A DNA stretch of 64,000 nucleotides, taken from contig JBDRJN010000006.1 of NCBI GenBank assembly GCA_043814965.1, forward strand, positions 7,838-71,837, in the 5' to 3' direction. Positions within the stretch are counted from its first letter, which is position 1. Each line of letters opens with the position of its first letter. Below the pieces are notes generated by a model. It was not told where the DNA came from and ran no database searches. It worked only from the letters and a program-made list of their open reading frames with translations. The DNA is from Candidatus Omnitrophota bacterium. GTDB taxonomy: Bacteria; Omnitrophota; Gorgyraeia; Gorgyraeales; Gorgyraeaceae. Below are positions 55,587 to 62,447 of this stretch, piece by piece. Both the position numbers and the translations under genes were made by a program.

Positions 55587-55602
55587 GAACTTAAAAAAAG
55601 AC

Positions 55603-55631
55603 TTTTAAAATGTGTATGGTTGTGGTATAAT
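55603..55631 (+). promoter_or_regulatory. Putative sigma70-type promoter for the PilZ gene (extended -10 'TGgTATAAT' 55623-55631; weak -35 'TTTTAA' 55603-55608 at 17-bp spacing)
   Basis: Perfect TATAAT hexamer with TG at -14/-15, 35 nt upstream of the start; sits in a 70-nt intergenic gap after the giant gene stop. Confidence 0.35.
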
Positions 55632-55666
55632 TACAATAATTACATTAAGTTAAGGAGGTGAATAAG

Positions 55667-56002
55667 ATGAAGTCAGGAGATTTTAAGGAAAGACGGAAAT
55701 TCAAAAGACTACAGATATCTGTTCCTGCGAAGATAAGGTATGGATCAGCAAGTGGAAAGGAAAAGGTATTGGAGGGTGTCACTCTTGACGTTAGTTTCAA
55801 CGGGGCATATTTGGTAAATATCAATATTGACAAGATCAATCCGGAAGACAACGTAAATATGTCCCTTTCAGTGCCTCGCGACAATTCCAGGGATTTTCCT
55901 TTTTCTCGGATCGTAGGTAAAGCAAGGGTAGTAAGAGTCGAGAAAAATGCCTTGGCGCTTGAATTTAATAAGGATGTTTCTAGGTTTTTTATTGCAAATT
56001 AA
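55667..56002 (+). CDS. PilZ-domain protein (c-di-GMP receptor)
   Basis: 'RRKFKR' (RxxxR) and 'DVSFNGA' (D-x-S-x-x-G) c-di-GMP-binding motifs at correct spacing. AAGGAGG at 55652-55658 lies 8 nt before ATG 55667. The ORF track begins at an in-frame GTG at 55658 inside the RBS, so the ATG is the likelier start. Confidence 0.7.
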   Translation: MKSGDFKERRKFKRLQISVPAKIRYGSASGKEKVLEGVTLDVSFNGAYLVNINIDKINPEDNVNMSLSVPRDNSRDFPFSRIVGKARVVRVEKNALALEFNKDVSRFFIAN

Positions 56003-56044
56003 AATTTTAATCCGTAATAAATATTAAAAGGATATGGAGGAATA

Positions 56045-57370
56045 ATGGGGTGTCGGTGTAGCAGATCTATGCTTTTTTTTATGACGAGTTTGTTCACTGT
56101 TTTTTTAAGTATTTTCTTGATCAGCTGTTCTCCTACAGCAAAACCTCAGGATTCAAATACAATAACTATATGGCACTGGATGAGCGATAGAGAGGGAGCT
56201 TTTAAAGAACTTGCAAGGATATATGAAGAAGAAAAAGGAATAAAAGTAAATTTTGAGCTTTATGCCCCGTCAGAGGTTTATACACAGAAGATAAGGGCCG
56301 CGGCGCAGACTAATACCCTCCCAGATATATTCGGCATACTTGGTAAAAAAAGAGATCTTGCTAGTTTTATAAAAGCAGGGCATATATATAATCTTACAGA
56401 AGATATGAAAGCCAATAATAGCGAATGGGAGAACAGGCTTTTTAATAAGGCTCTCTCTGTGAATGAATTTAAATCAGAAAATAGTTTTGACATAGAGCCT
56501 GGCATATATGGAATACCTCTGGATGTAACTAATCTCCAGATGCTATATAATAAGGACCTGTTAAGGCGGGTAGGATGGCCTGAAGACAGCCCTCCTGAGA
56601 CATGGGAGGAGTTTATAGAAGCCTCAAGGCTTCTTAATGAAAATAATATCCAGGGGTTTATAAGCGGCTGGGGAGAGATATGGATGATAGATTGCTTTGC
56701 TAGTAACTATGCATTCAATATAATGGGTGAGAAAAAAGTCCTTGATACCATAAAAGGCAAGGTGCCTTATACAGATCCTGATTGGATAAAGGTCTTTGGC
56801 CTATTTCGCCAGATGAGAGACGAAAAGATGCTGGCAAAGGGTGTTGTTACAATGGTCAATAAGACAGCAGAACAGCTTTTTGCAAATTCAAAGGCATGTT
56901 TTGCATTTAACGGATCTTGGTGTGTAAATGTCTATAGCGGCATGAACCCGGACCTAAATTACGGAGCAATGCTTCCTCCTAAAGTTCTTGACAAAAACCC
57001 GATGGTTATATGGGGAGGCGCTGGATCGAGCTTTATGGTCAATAACAGGGTCAGTGGCCCAAGGAAGGCGGTTGATTTTCTAAGATGGCTTACAGATACT
57101 CCGCAGCAAAGCTACCTTGCCGCAGCCACAAGAAACCTTCCTTCCAACAAAGAAAGCTTGAAAGATATCCCAGATATACTATTTCAATTCGCGGATGATA
57201 TGGATAATACTACGCACCCAAACGTATGGGGCGTTTCTGAGTTCCCGGAAGTTATAGAGACGTTCAACAAGGGCATACAGTCGATCATTATAGGCGAAAA
57301 GACGCCAGAAGGATTAGCTGGCGAGGTACAGGCAGTTAAGATGCGGGAGATGGAGAAGGCAGGACAATAA
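56045..57370 (+). CDS. ABC transporter substrate-binding lipoprotein, carbohydrate (family 1, MalE-like)
   Basis: N-terminal signal with lipobox 'FLISC'. Size and composition typical of sugar SBPs. Immediately followed by two MalF/MalG-type permeases. GGAGG at 56036-56040 (a short spacer, so ATG 56069 is an alternative start). Confidence 0.75.
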   Translation: MGCRCSRSMLFFMTSLFTVFLSIFLISCSPTAKPQDSNTITIWHWMSDREGAFKELARIYEEEKGIKVNFELYAPSEVYTQKIRAAAQTNTLPDIFGILGKKRDLASFIKAGHIYNLTEDMKANNSEWENRLFNKALSVNEFKSENSFDIEPGIYGIPLDVTNLQMLYNKDLLRRVGWPEDSPPETWEEFIEASRLLNENNIQGFISGWGEIWMIDCFASNYAFNIMGEKKVLDTIKGKVPYTDPDWIKVFGLFRQMRDEKMLAKGVVTMVNKTAEQLFANSKACFAFNGSWCVNVYSGMNPDLNYGAMLPPKVLDKNPMVIWGGAGSSFMVNNRVSGPRKAVDFLRWLTDTPQQSYLAAATRNLPSNKESLKDIPDILFQFADDMDNTTHPNVWGVSEFPEVIETFNKGIQSIIIGEKTPEGLAGEVQAVKMREMEKAGQ

Positions 57371-57396
57371 CGGGTTACGGGTTACGGGGTACGGGT
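57371..57396 (+). repeat. G-tract repeat 'CGGGTTACGGGTTACGGGGTACGGGT' (G3N4G3N4G4N3G3: canonical G-quadruplex-forming pattern) filling the whole SBP-permease intergenic gap
   Basis: Read directly; 69% GC in an otherwise AT-rich context, abutting the ATG at 57397. Confidence 0.8.
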
Positions 57397-58287
57397 ATGA
57401 AGGTCCAAAAAAATATACTTGAAAATTACTTATTTATATTGCCAGCAGTACTGATATTTTCTCTATTTTATATATATCCTTTCTACAAGGTTTTTACGCT
57501 TTCTTTGTGTCAATGGGATGGCATAGCTGGTTTTAGTTTTGTAAAAAGCTTTGTAGGTTTAAGGAACTTTAAGGAACTTTTGTTTCAAGATAGAGTATGG
57601 TGGCAGGCTATGGGGCATGCAGGATATATCACACTTATTGCCCTGACATTTCAAAATGCATTAGCCTTGAGCCTGGCTTGGGCGTGCGACAGGGATATAA
57701 AAGGAGGCAATATATATAGGGTAATATTCTATCTTCCGCCTGTGTTATCAGAGATAGTAGTGGGGCTTGTGTGGCGCTGGATATATGACGGAAATTACGG
57801 CCTCCTGAATCACTGGCTTACTAATATGGGATTGCATCATTTGGTAAGAGATTGGCTTTCGGACCCAAAGACAGCTTTAACAGCAGTCGCTGCTATCCAT
57901 TGCTGGAAGGGTTTTGGATGGGGATTTATTATATTTTTAGCAGGCTTACAGACTATACCTAGGCAGCTCTATGAAGCAGGAAGAGTAGATGGGGCGAATT
58001 CATGGCAGATGTTCAAGAGCATCACTTTACCTTTGATGGTCCCTGTATTTATATTGGTATCTGTACTTACGATATTAGGCACTATGCAGGTATTTGTATT
58101 GATACTTTCTATGACAAATGGCGGCCCGGGTTATCATACAGAGGTCCCCGTCACAAGGATCCTGACCACAATGGTAGGTTCTTCAAGGTTTGGTTATGCG
58201 TGCAGCCAGGGGATAGTATTTGGAGTTATATTATTAGCGATTTCATTTATACAGATAAAGCTCTCTAAACATACGTATAAAACATGA
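57397..58287 (+). CDS. ABC transporter permease (MalF/UgpA-type, binding-protein-dependent transport system inner-membrane component)
   Basis: Six hydrophobic helices; EAA loop 'EAGRVDGANSWQMFKSITLPL'. Confidence 0.85.
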   Translation: MKVQKNILENYLFILPAVLIFSLFYIYPFYKVFTLSLCQWDGIAGFSFVKSFVGLRNFKELLFQDRVWWQAMGHAGYITLIALTFQNALALSLAWACDRDIKGGNIYRVIFYLPPVLSEIVVGLVWRWIYDGNYGLLNHWLTNMGLHHLVRDWLSDPKTALTAVAAIHCWKGFGWGFIIFLAGLQTIPRQLYEAGRVDGANSWQMFKSITLPLMVPVFILVSVLTILGTMQVFVLILSMTNGGPGYHTEVPVTRILTTMVGSSRFGYACSQGIVFGVILLAISFIQIKLSKHTYKT

Positions 58288-58365
58288 ATAGTCATGATAT
58301 CAAAAATCAAAGATTAAAATGCAAAATTATAGATTAAAATTCAAAAATAAAAAAGAGAGAAATTA

Positions 58366-59214
58366 ATGGAAGAGACTGCTATATACAAACTAAGGCATTT
58401 TACTAAACACGCGCTTATGCATATATTTTTAGCAAGCGTAGCAGTCACATGCGTGTTCCCTCTTCTCTGGATGATAGGCTCAGCTCTCAAGACGCAGGAG
58501 ACTATATTCAGCGATATGAGTATAATCCCCAGAAACCCTATGTGGAGCAATTTTGTCATGGCCTGGACCAAGGGAGGATTCGGGATGTATTTTTTTAATA
58601 GTGTTATTTATACAGTGACAGTCGTGACTGGCATTGTCATAATCGCATCTTTGGCTGCATTTGCATTTTCACGGCTTAAGTTTCCTGGTAAGAATATCTT
58701 GTTCTATATGTTTTTAGCGGCTATGATGATACCTCTTCCAGGCAGCTTTGTGCCCTTGTATGTACTTATGACAAAGCTCCATCTTGTAAATACAAGGATC
58801 GGTTATATACTATGCATGATAAACGTAGGGCTTTCTTTCAGCATATATTTACTTAAGACATTTTTTGACAAGATGCCTTCTGCGCTTGAAGATGCAGCTA
58901 GGATCGATGGATGCAATAAACTCGGCATCTGGTGGAATGTTGCCTTGCCGCTCGCAAGGCCTGCTATAGCAGTGATAGTGATATTCAATTCTTTAAATGT
59001 ATGGAATGAATATATACTTGCGACACTTATATTCTCAAGCAAGTCTTTAATGCCTCTGCAAAGGGCTCTTATGATATTTCAGGGTACTCACATAACAGAG
59101 TATCCGCTTTTGATGGCAGGCATCACAATAACAGTTTTGCCTATAATATCAGTATATTTATTTATGCAGAAACATATTATAAAGGGTATAACAGCAGGGA
59201 TTATTGTCGGGTAA
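58366..59214 (+). CDS. ABC transporter permease (MalG/UgpE-type)
   Basis: EAA loop 'EDAARIDGCNKLGIWWNVALPLARP'; six TM helices; operonic with the preceding permease. Confidence 0.85.
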   Translation: MEETAIYKLRHFTKHALMHIFLASVAVTCVFPLLWMIGSALKTQETIFSDMSIIPRNPMWSNFVMAWTKGGFGMYFFNSVIYTVTVVTGIVIIASLAAFAFSRLKFPGKNILFYMFLAAMMIPLPGSFVPLYVLMTKLHLVNTRIGYILCMINVGLSFSIYLLKTFFDKMPSALEDAARIDGCNKLGIWWNVALPLARPAIAVIVIFNSLNVWNEYILATLIFSSKSLMPLQRALMIFQGTHITEYPLLMAGITITVLPIISVYLFMQKHIIKGITAGIIVG

Positions 59215-59216
59215 CG

Positions 59217-59235
59217 CCTGCCTGCCGCAGGCAGG
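59217..59235 (+). terminator. GC-rich perfect hairpin (9-bp arms 'cctgcctgc' / 'gcaggcagg') directly after the permease stop; no U-tract
   Basis: 59217-59225 is the reverse complement of 59227-59235. Followed by G-tracts rather than T-run, so terminator function is uncertain. Confidence 0.3.
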
Positions 59236-59307
59236 GGGTACAGGGTACGGGAAATGGAGTAGAGATGGCTGATTACGGGTTACGGGTTACGGGGTACGGG
59301 GTACGGG
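59234..59307 (+). repeat. Second cluster of GGGTTAC/GGGGTAC G-tract repeats (G-quadruplex-type), flanking and overlapping the start of the glycoside hydrolase gene
   Basis: 'GGGGGTACAGGGTACGGG' 59234-59251 and 'CGGGTTACGGGTTACGGGGTACGGGGTACGGG' 59276-59307. Same unit as 57371-57396. Confidence 0.8.
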
Positions 59308-61613
59308 TTTGCGCGGCAATACTATTGTTAACATCATGGGCTGGGCCTGTATCATGCGAAGAAGTCGATACTTTAGGATTAACTGTCTCTCAAGAAAAGC
59401 CCTTTTCTCCCAATGAGCTTATATTACGCGCATGGGAGGCATGGGGCGCAAAGGATTATGAGAAGACATTTGAATATACAACTAGATGTATCGAGCTTTA
59501 TTCTGATGAGGCAAAAAAAGAGCAGGCCCTTCTAAAAGGTTTTCCCGCTATAGATGCAATAGAGCAATATGCGGCTTTAAATGCTGTCGGGACAAGTTTT
59601 TTTATACAGGGAGAGGCGTATCTATTGAATGGTAAAATAGATGAAGCCAGGAAGGCATTTAATACAGCTATAACAGAATATAGTTATTCTCAGAACTGGG
59701 ATCCGAGGGGATGGTTCTGGAGCGTGAAAGAAAAGAGCATTGCCAGCCTTGAAAAGCTTGATAAAAAAGAGGAGATAGATGAAAAAAAGAAGATAGCTAT
59801 AGCAATACCTAAGACAAAGGTCACTCTTTATGACGCTGGTAAAGAAGAGATGATCGATTATGAAAAATACGGGGAATTTAAGAATGTCGGTAAGTATAAT
59901 TATAAATATGTGGTCAATGACCAAGAAGGCCTTTCTCAGGCAGCGGGGGAAGGGGTCTATCCTAACACCTCAAGCATCAATTGGGACCAGAATTATATAA
60001 GAGTAAAAAAAGAAGGAAAGCTCAAAGGCAATCATTGGGACTTTATAAATACAGATGACCTGGAAGCAAATTTTTACAAATGGAGCACTGCGCCAGAACC
60101 TACAGGTGTCAAGCTCTTTTATGCAGCTATAGCGCTTGAAAGATCAGGTTTATTAAAACATGCGATAAAGACCTATTATTCTATAGCGGTGCATTTTCCT
60201 AAATCAGTAGGATGGACTTATTTTCGCACGCCCTGGTATATCGCTCAGGTCGCGCTTGATAGGATAGATTATATATTAAGGAATAACCCAGAGCTTGGAA
60301 TGGAGTTAAAAGATGCGGGTATATATATCGAGAATGGATTCGATAACAATATAGCAAATGACATATTCGTAGTAAATCCTGGAAAAATCGTAAAGCTTGG
60401 TATTGTAGATAGGATGAAGAATAAATTATCAGGCAAAAAGGGTGTTGAATTAGGGGGTGTGATAAAGCAAGTCGGCGACGGCAGGGTAGACCTTGTGAAG
60501 TTCAAGAATGGACACTGGCAGCTGAGGTTGGAAGGCAGGCCTTATCTGATAAAAGCCCTTGCGTATACGCCAAATAGAGTTGGGCAAAGTCCTGATGAAG
60601 GTACGTTGGAAGATTGGATGCAGGCAGACTATAATGGCAATGGAAAGTGTGACGCAGTGTACGACAGCTGGGTGGATAAGAATTATAACAATATAAAGGA
60701 TAAAGACGAAGAAGTGGTAGGAGATTTTCAGTTATTGAAAGACATGAACTGTAATACTATCAGGCTATATCACCATGCATCCAATAAAGAGCTCTTGAGG
60801 GACCTGTATAATAATTACGGTATAATGGCGATAATGGGAGATCTTTTGGGGGCCTATACCGTAGGAAGCGGCGCTGGCTGGTACGAAGGGACTGATTATA
60901 AAAATGAGGAACATAGAAGAAACATGCTAGAGAGCGTACGTAAGATGGTAGAGGAGTTCAAGGATGAGCCTTATGTACTTTTCTGGATGCTTGGTAATGA
61001 AAATAATTATGGTGTTGCAAATAATGCCAAAAAAGACCCAGCGACTTACTATGAGTTTGTGAATGAAGCAAGCAGGATGATAAAGTCTATTGACAGGGAC
61101 CATCCAGTTGCAGTGTGCAGCGGGGACTTATTGTTCCTCGACGAATTTAGTAAAAGCTGCCCGGACGTAGATATATACGGGGCAAATGCATATAGAGGTA
61201 AACACGGGTTTGGAAAGAGTTTTTGGAACAATGTAAAGATCGTGTGCGATAAGCCTGTAATAATAACAGAATACGGCTGTCCCAGCTATATGGAAGGCAG
61301 ATCAAGGGAATTTAGCGAAGACAGGCAGGCAGAGTATCTCAAGGGCAATTGGGAAGATATAGCGTATAATACAGCAGGCAATAAAGGCGTTGGTAATGCG
61401 ATAGGAGGAGTGCTTTTTGAATGGATTGATGAGTGGTGGAAGGCTTATGAACCGTCAGTACACGATGCTGCTAGAAATTGGTCTGGCCCGTTCCCCGATG
61501 GCTGGAACTATGAAGAATGGCTTGGGATAGTAAGCCAGGGGAATGGAGAGCATAGCCCTTTTCTAAGGCGGCTTAAAAAAGCTTATTTTGTTTATAAAGA
61601 ACTTTGGATATAA
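59265..61613 (+). CDS. Secreted glycoside hydrolase, clan GH-A TIM-barrel catalytic core (GH2/GH5-like) fused to an N-terminal helical (TPR-like) region
   Basis: Acid/base motif 'VLFWMLGNENNYG' (WxxGNE) and nucleophile motif 'VIITEYGCPS' (compare GUS 'MITEYGVD'); 'FEWIDEWWK'; N-terminal hydrophobic signal. Paralogous to 62448-63662. Confidence 0.6.
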   Translation: MADYGLRVTGYGVRVCAAILLLTSWAGPVSCEEVDTLGLTVSQEKPFSPNELILRAWEAWGAKDYEKTFEYTTRCIELYSDEAKKEQALLKGFPAIDAIEQYAALNAVGTSFFIQGEAYLLNGKIDEARKAFNTAITEYSYSQNWDPRGWFWSVKEKSIASLEKLDKKEEIDEKKKIAIAIPKTKVTLYDAGKEEMIDYEKYGEFKNVGKYNYKYVVNDQEGLSQAAGEGVYPNTSSINWDQNYIRVKKEGKLKGNHWDFINTDDLEANFYKWSTAPEPTGVKLFYAAIALERSGLLKHAIKTYYSIAVHFPKSVGWTYFRTPWYIAQVALDRIDYILRNNPELGMELKDAGIYIENGFDNNIANDIFVVNPGKIVKLGIVDRMKNKLSGKKGVELGGVIKQVGDGRVDLVKFKNGHWQLRLEGRPYLIKALAYTPNRVGQSPDEGTLEDWMQADYNGNGKCDAVYDSWVDKNYNNIKDKDEEVVGDFQLLKDMNCNTIRLYHHASNKELLRDLYNNYGIMAIMGDLLGAYTVGSGAGWYEGTDYKNEEHRRNMLESVRKMVEEFKDEPYVLFWMLGNENNYGVANNAKKDPATYYEFVNEASRMIKSIDRDHPVAVCSGDLLFLDEFSKSCPDVDIYGANAYRGKHGFGKSFWNNVKIVCDKPVIITEYGCPSYMEGRSREFSEDRQAEYLKGNWEDIAYNTAGNKGVGNAIGGVLFEWIDEWWKAYEPSVHDAARNWSGPFPDGWNYEEWLGIVSQGNGEHSPFLRRLKKAYFVYKELWI

Positions 61614-61699
61614 TGGAAGGAGGTGTGTTCTAAATATCAAAAATTAAATATAAAAATCAAAAATGAGAAAAGAAACATGAACCAGAAAGGAGTGGTAGT

Positions 61700-62377
61700 A
61701 TGAAAAGAAGCATAACTTTAACATTGCTAGTTGTATCAGGCTTGATACTGTTTAGCATTGCGAGCTGCGGAGGGTCCAATGACAGGCAATATGCAGGATC
61801 TGACACCGTAGAGCTAAAGCAGTATGCTAAGCTGGATGCCAGTCAAGCAGCAGGAGGAGCTTTCAAGACATTCCCTATCTATACTGATGGGCGTTCGCCG
61901 GATAATCACTATATACCTTCTGGGTATATGGGAGATTTTTCAGATGTTCGGATCGACCAGTCGTGTTTTGATAACCCTTATGCCGGGTCTACTTGCATAA
62001 AGATAACTTACACCAATAAGGCTAGCCAAGGCGCAAGATGGGTGGGGACTTACTGGCAGAACCCTGCAAATAACTGGGGAGATAAGAAAGGCGGATTCGA
62101 TCTTACAGGCGCTGCAAAACTATCATTTTACGCAAAAGGTGAAAAAGGCGGCGAAAGGATCGAAGAGTTCAAGATGGGAGGGCTCACTGGCCAATATCCT
62201 GATTCAGATGTTGCTGGTATAGGGCCGGTACTTCTTACAAAAGAGTGGAAAAAGTATGAGGTCGATCTAGGAGGCAAGGACCTTAGTTATATCAGTGGAG
62301 GTTTTTGCTGGGCAACAAATCTTGATGTAAATCCTAACGGCGCTGTTTTTTATTTAGATGATATAAGATACGAATGA
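61700..62377 (+). CDS. Lipoprotein with a beta-sandwich carbohydrate-binding-module-like domain
   Basis: Signal with lipobox 'SIASC'. Aromatic/Gly-rich 'ARWVGTYWQNPANNWGDKKGGFDLTGAAKLSFYAKGEKGG' is typical of CBM/lectin folds. RBS 'aaaggagtgg' before the ATG. Confidence 0.5.
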   Translation: MKRSITLTLLVVSGLILFSIASCGGSNDRQYAGSDTVELKQYAKLDASQAAGGAFKTFPIYTDGRSPDNHYIPSGYMGDFSDVRIDQSCFDNPYAGSTCIKITYTNKASQGARWVGTYWQNPANNWGDKKGGFDLTGAAKLSFYAKGEKGGERIEEFKMGGLTGQYPDSDVAGIGPVLLTKEWKKYEVDLGGKDLSYISGGFCWATNLDVNPNGAVFYLDDIRYE

Positions 62378-62384
62378 TTTAAAA

Positions 62385-62425
62385 GATGGGATTTTGGCAT
62401 GGGTGACCCATGCCAAAATCCCATC
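62385..62425 (+). promoter_or_regulatory. Perfect 20-bp inverted repeat 'GATGGGATTTTGGCATGGGT g ACCCATGCCAAAATCCCATC' (operator-like palindrome or strong terminator hairpin)
   Basis: Arms 62385-62404 and 62406-62425 are exact reverse complements. Located in the 70-nt gap between the lipoprotein stop (62377) and the next GH gene start (62448); only a weak 'cttt' follows. Confidence 0.5.
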
Positions 62426-62447
62426 ACAACTTTATGGAAAGTGAGAT

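Noticed and set aside
23-55438. Dozens of minus-strand ORFs (60-213 aa, e.g. 30299-30940, 36215-36841, 46469-47065, 5744-6307, 41861-42415) inside the giant gene
   Set aside because: All are low-complexity S/L/F/I-rich shadows of the sense frame (the antisense of the E/D/K-rich coding strand). None has an RBS or recognisable motifs, whereas the + frame carries numerous canonical catalytic signatures. Typical of long ORFs in AT-rich DNA.
6-55586. Possibility that the 55-kb ORF is an NRPS/PKS megasynthase or an RTX/Bap-type repetitive adhesin
   Set aside because: No condensation (HHxxxDG), adenylation, KS (C-H-H) or PCP (GGxS) motifs, and no Ca-binding GGxGxD nonapeptide or long Ig-like tandem arrays. 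The sequence is largely non-repetitive and dominated by AAA+, HEAT, TM and enzyme domains instead.
55587-55666. Intrinsic terminator after the giant gene
   Set aside because: No stem-loop plus U-tract is visible in the 80-nt gap. Only an A/T-rich spacer and the putative PilZ promoter are present, so the transcription end of the giant gene cannot be placed from sequence.
57541-57580. Short direct repeat 'aaggaacttt aaggaacttt' in the first permease gene
   Set aside because: Just 2 x 10 nt within a CDS encoding 'LRNFKELL'. It is too short to be meaningful and probably coincidental.
57371-59307. GGGTTAC repeats as telomere-like or CRISPR repeats
   Set aside because: The unit is 7 nt with no spacers of CRISPR size and only 3-5 copies. 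It resembles but does not equal known telomeric repeats, and it sits between and within ordinary genes on a bacterial-type contig. It is better explained as a G4-type regulatory or REP-like element.
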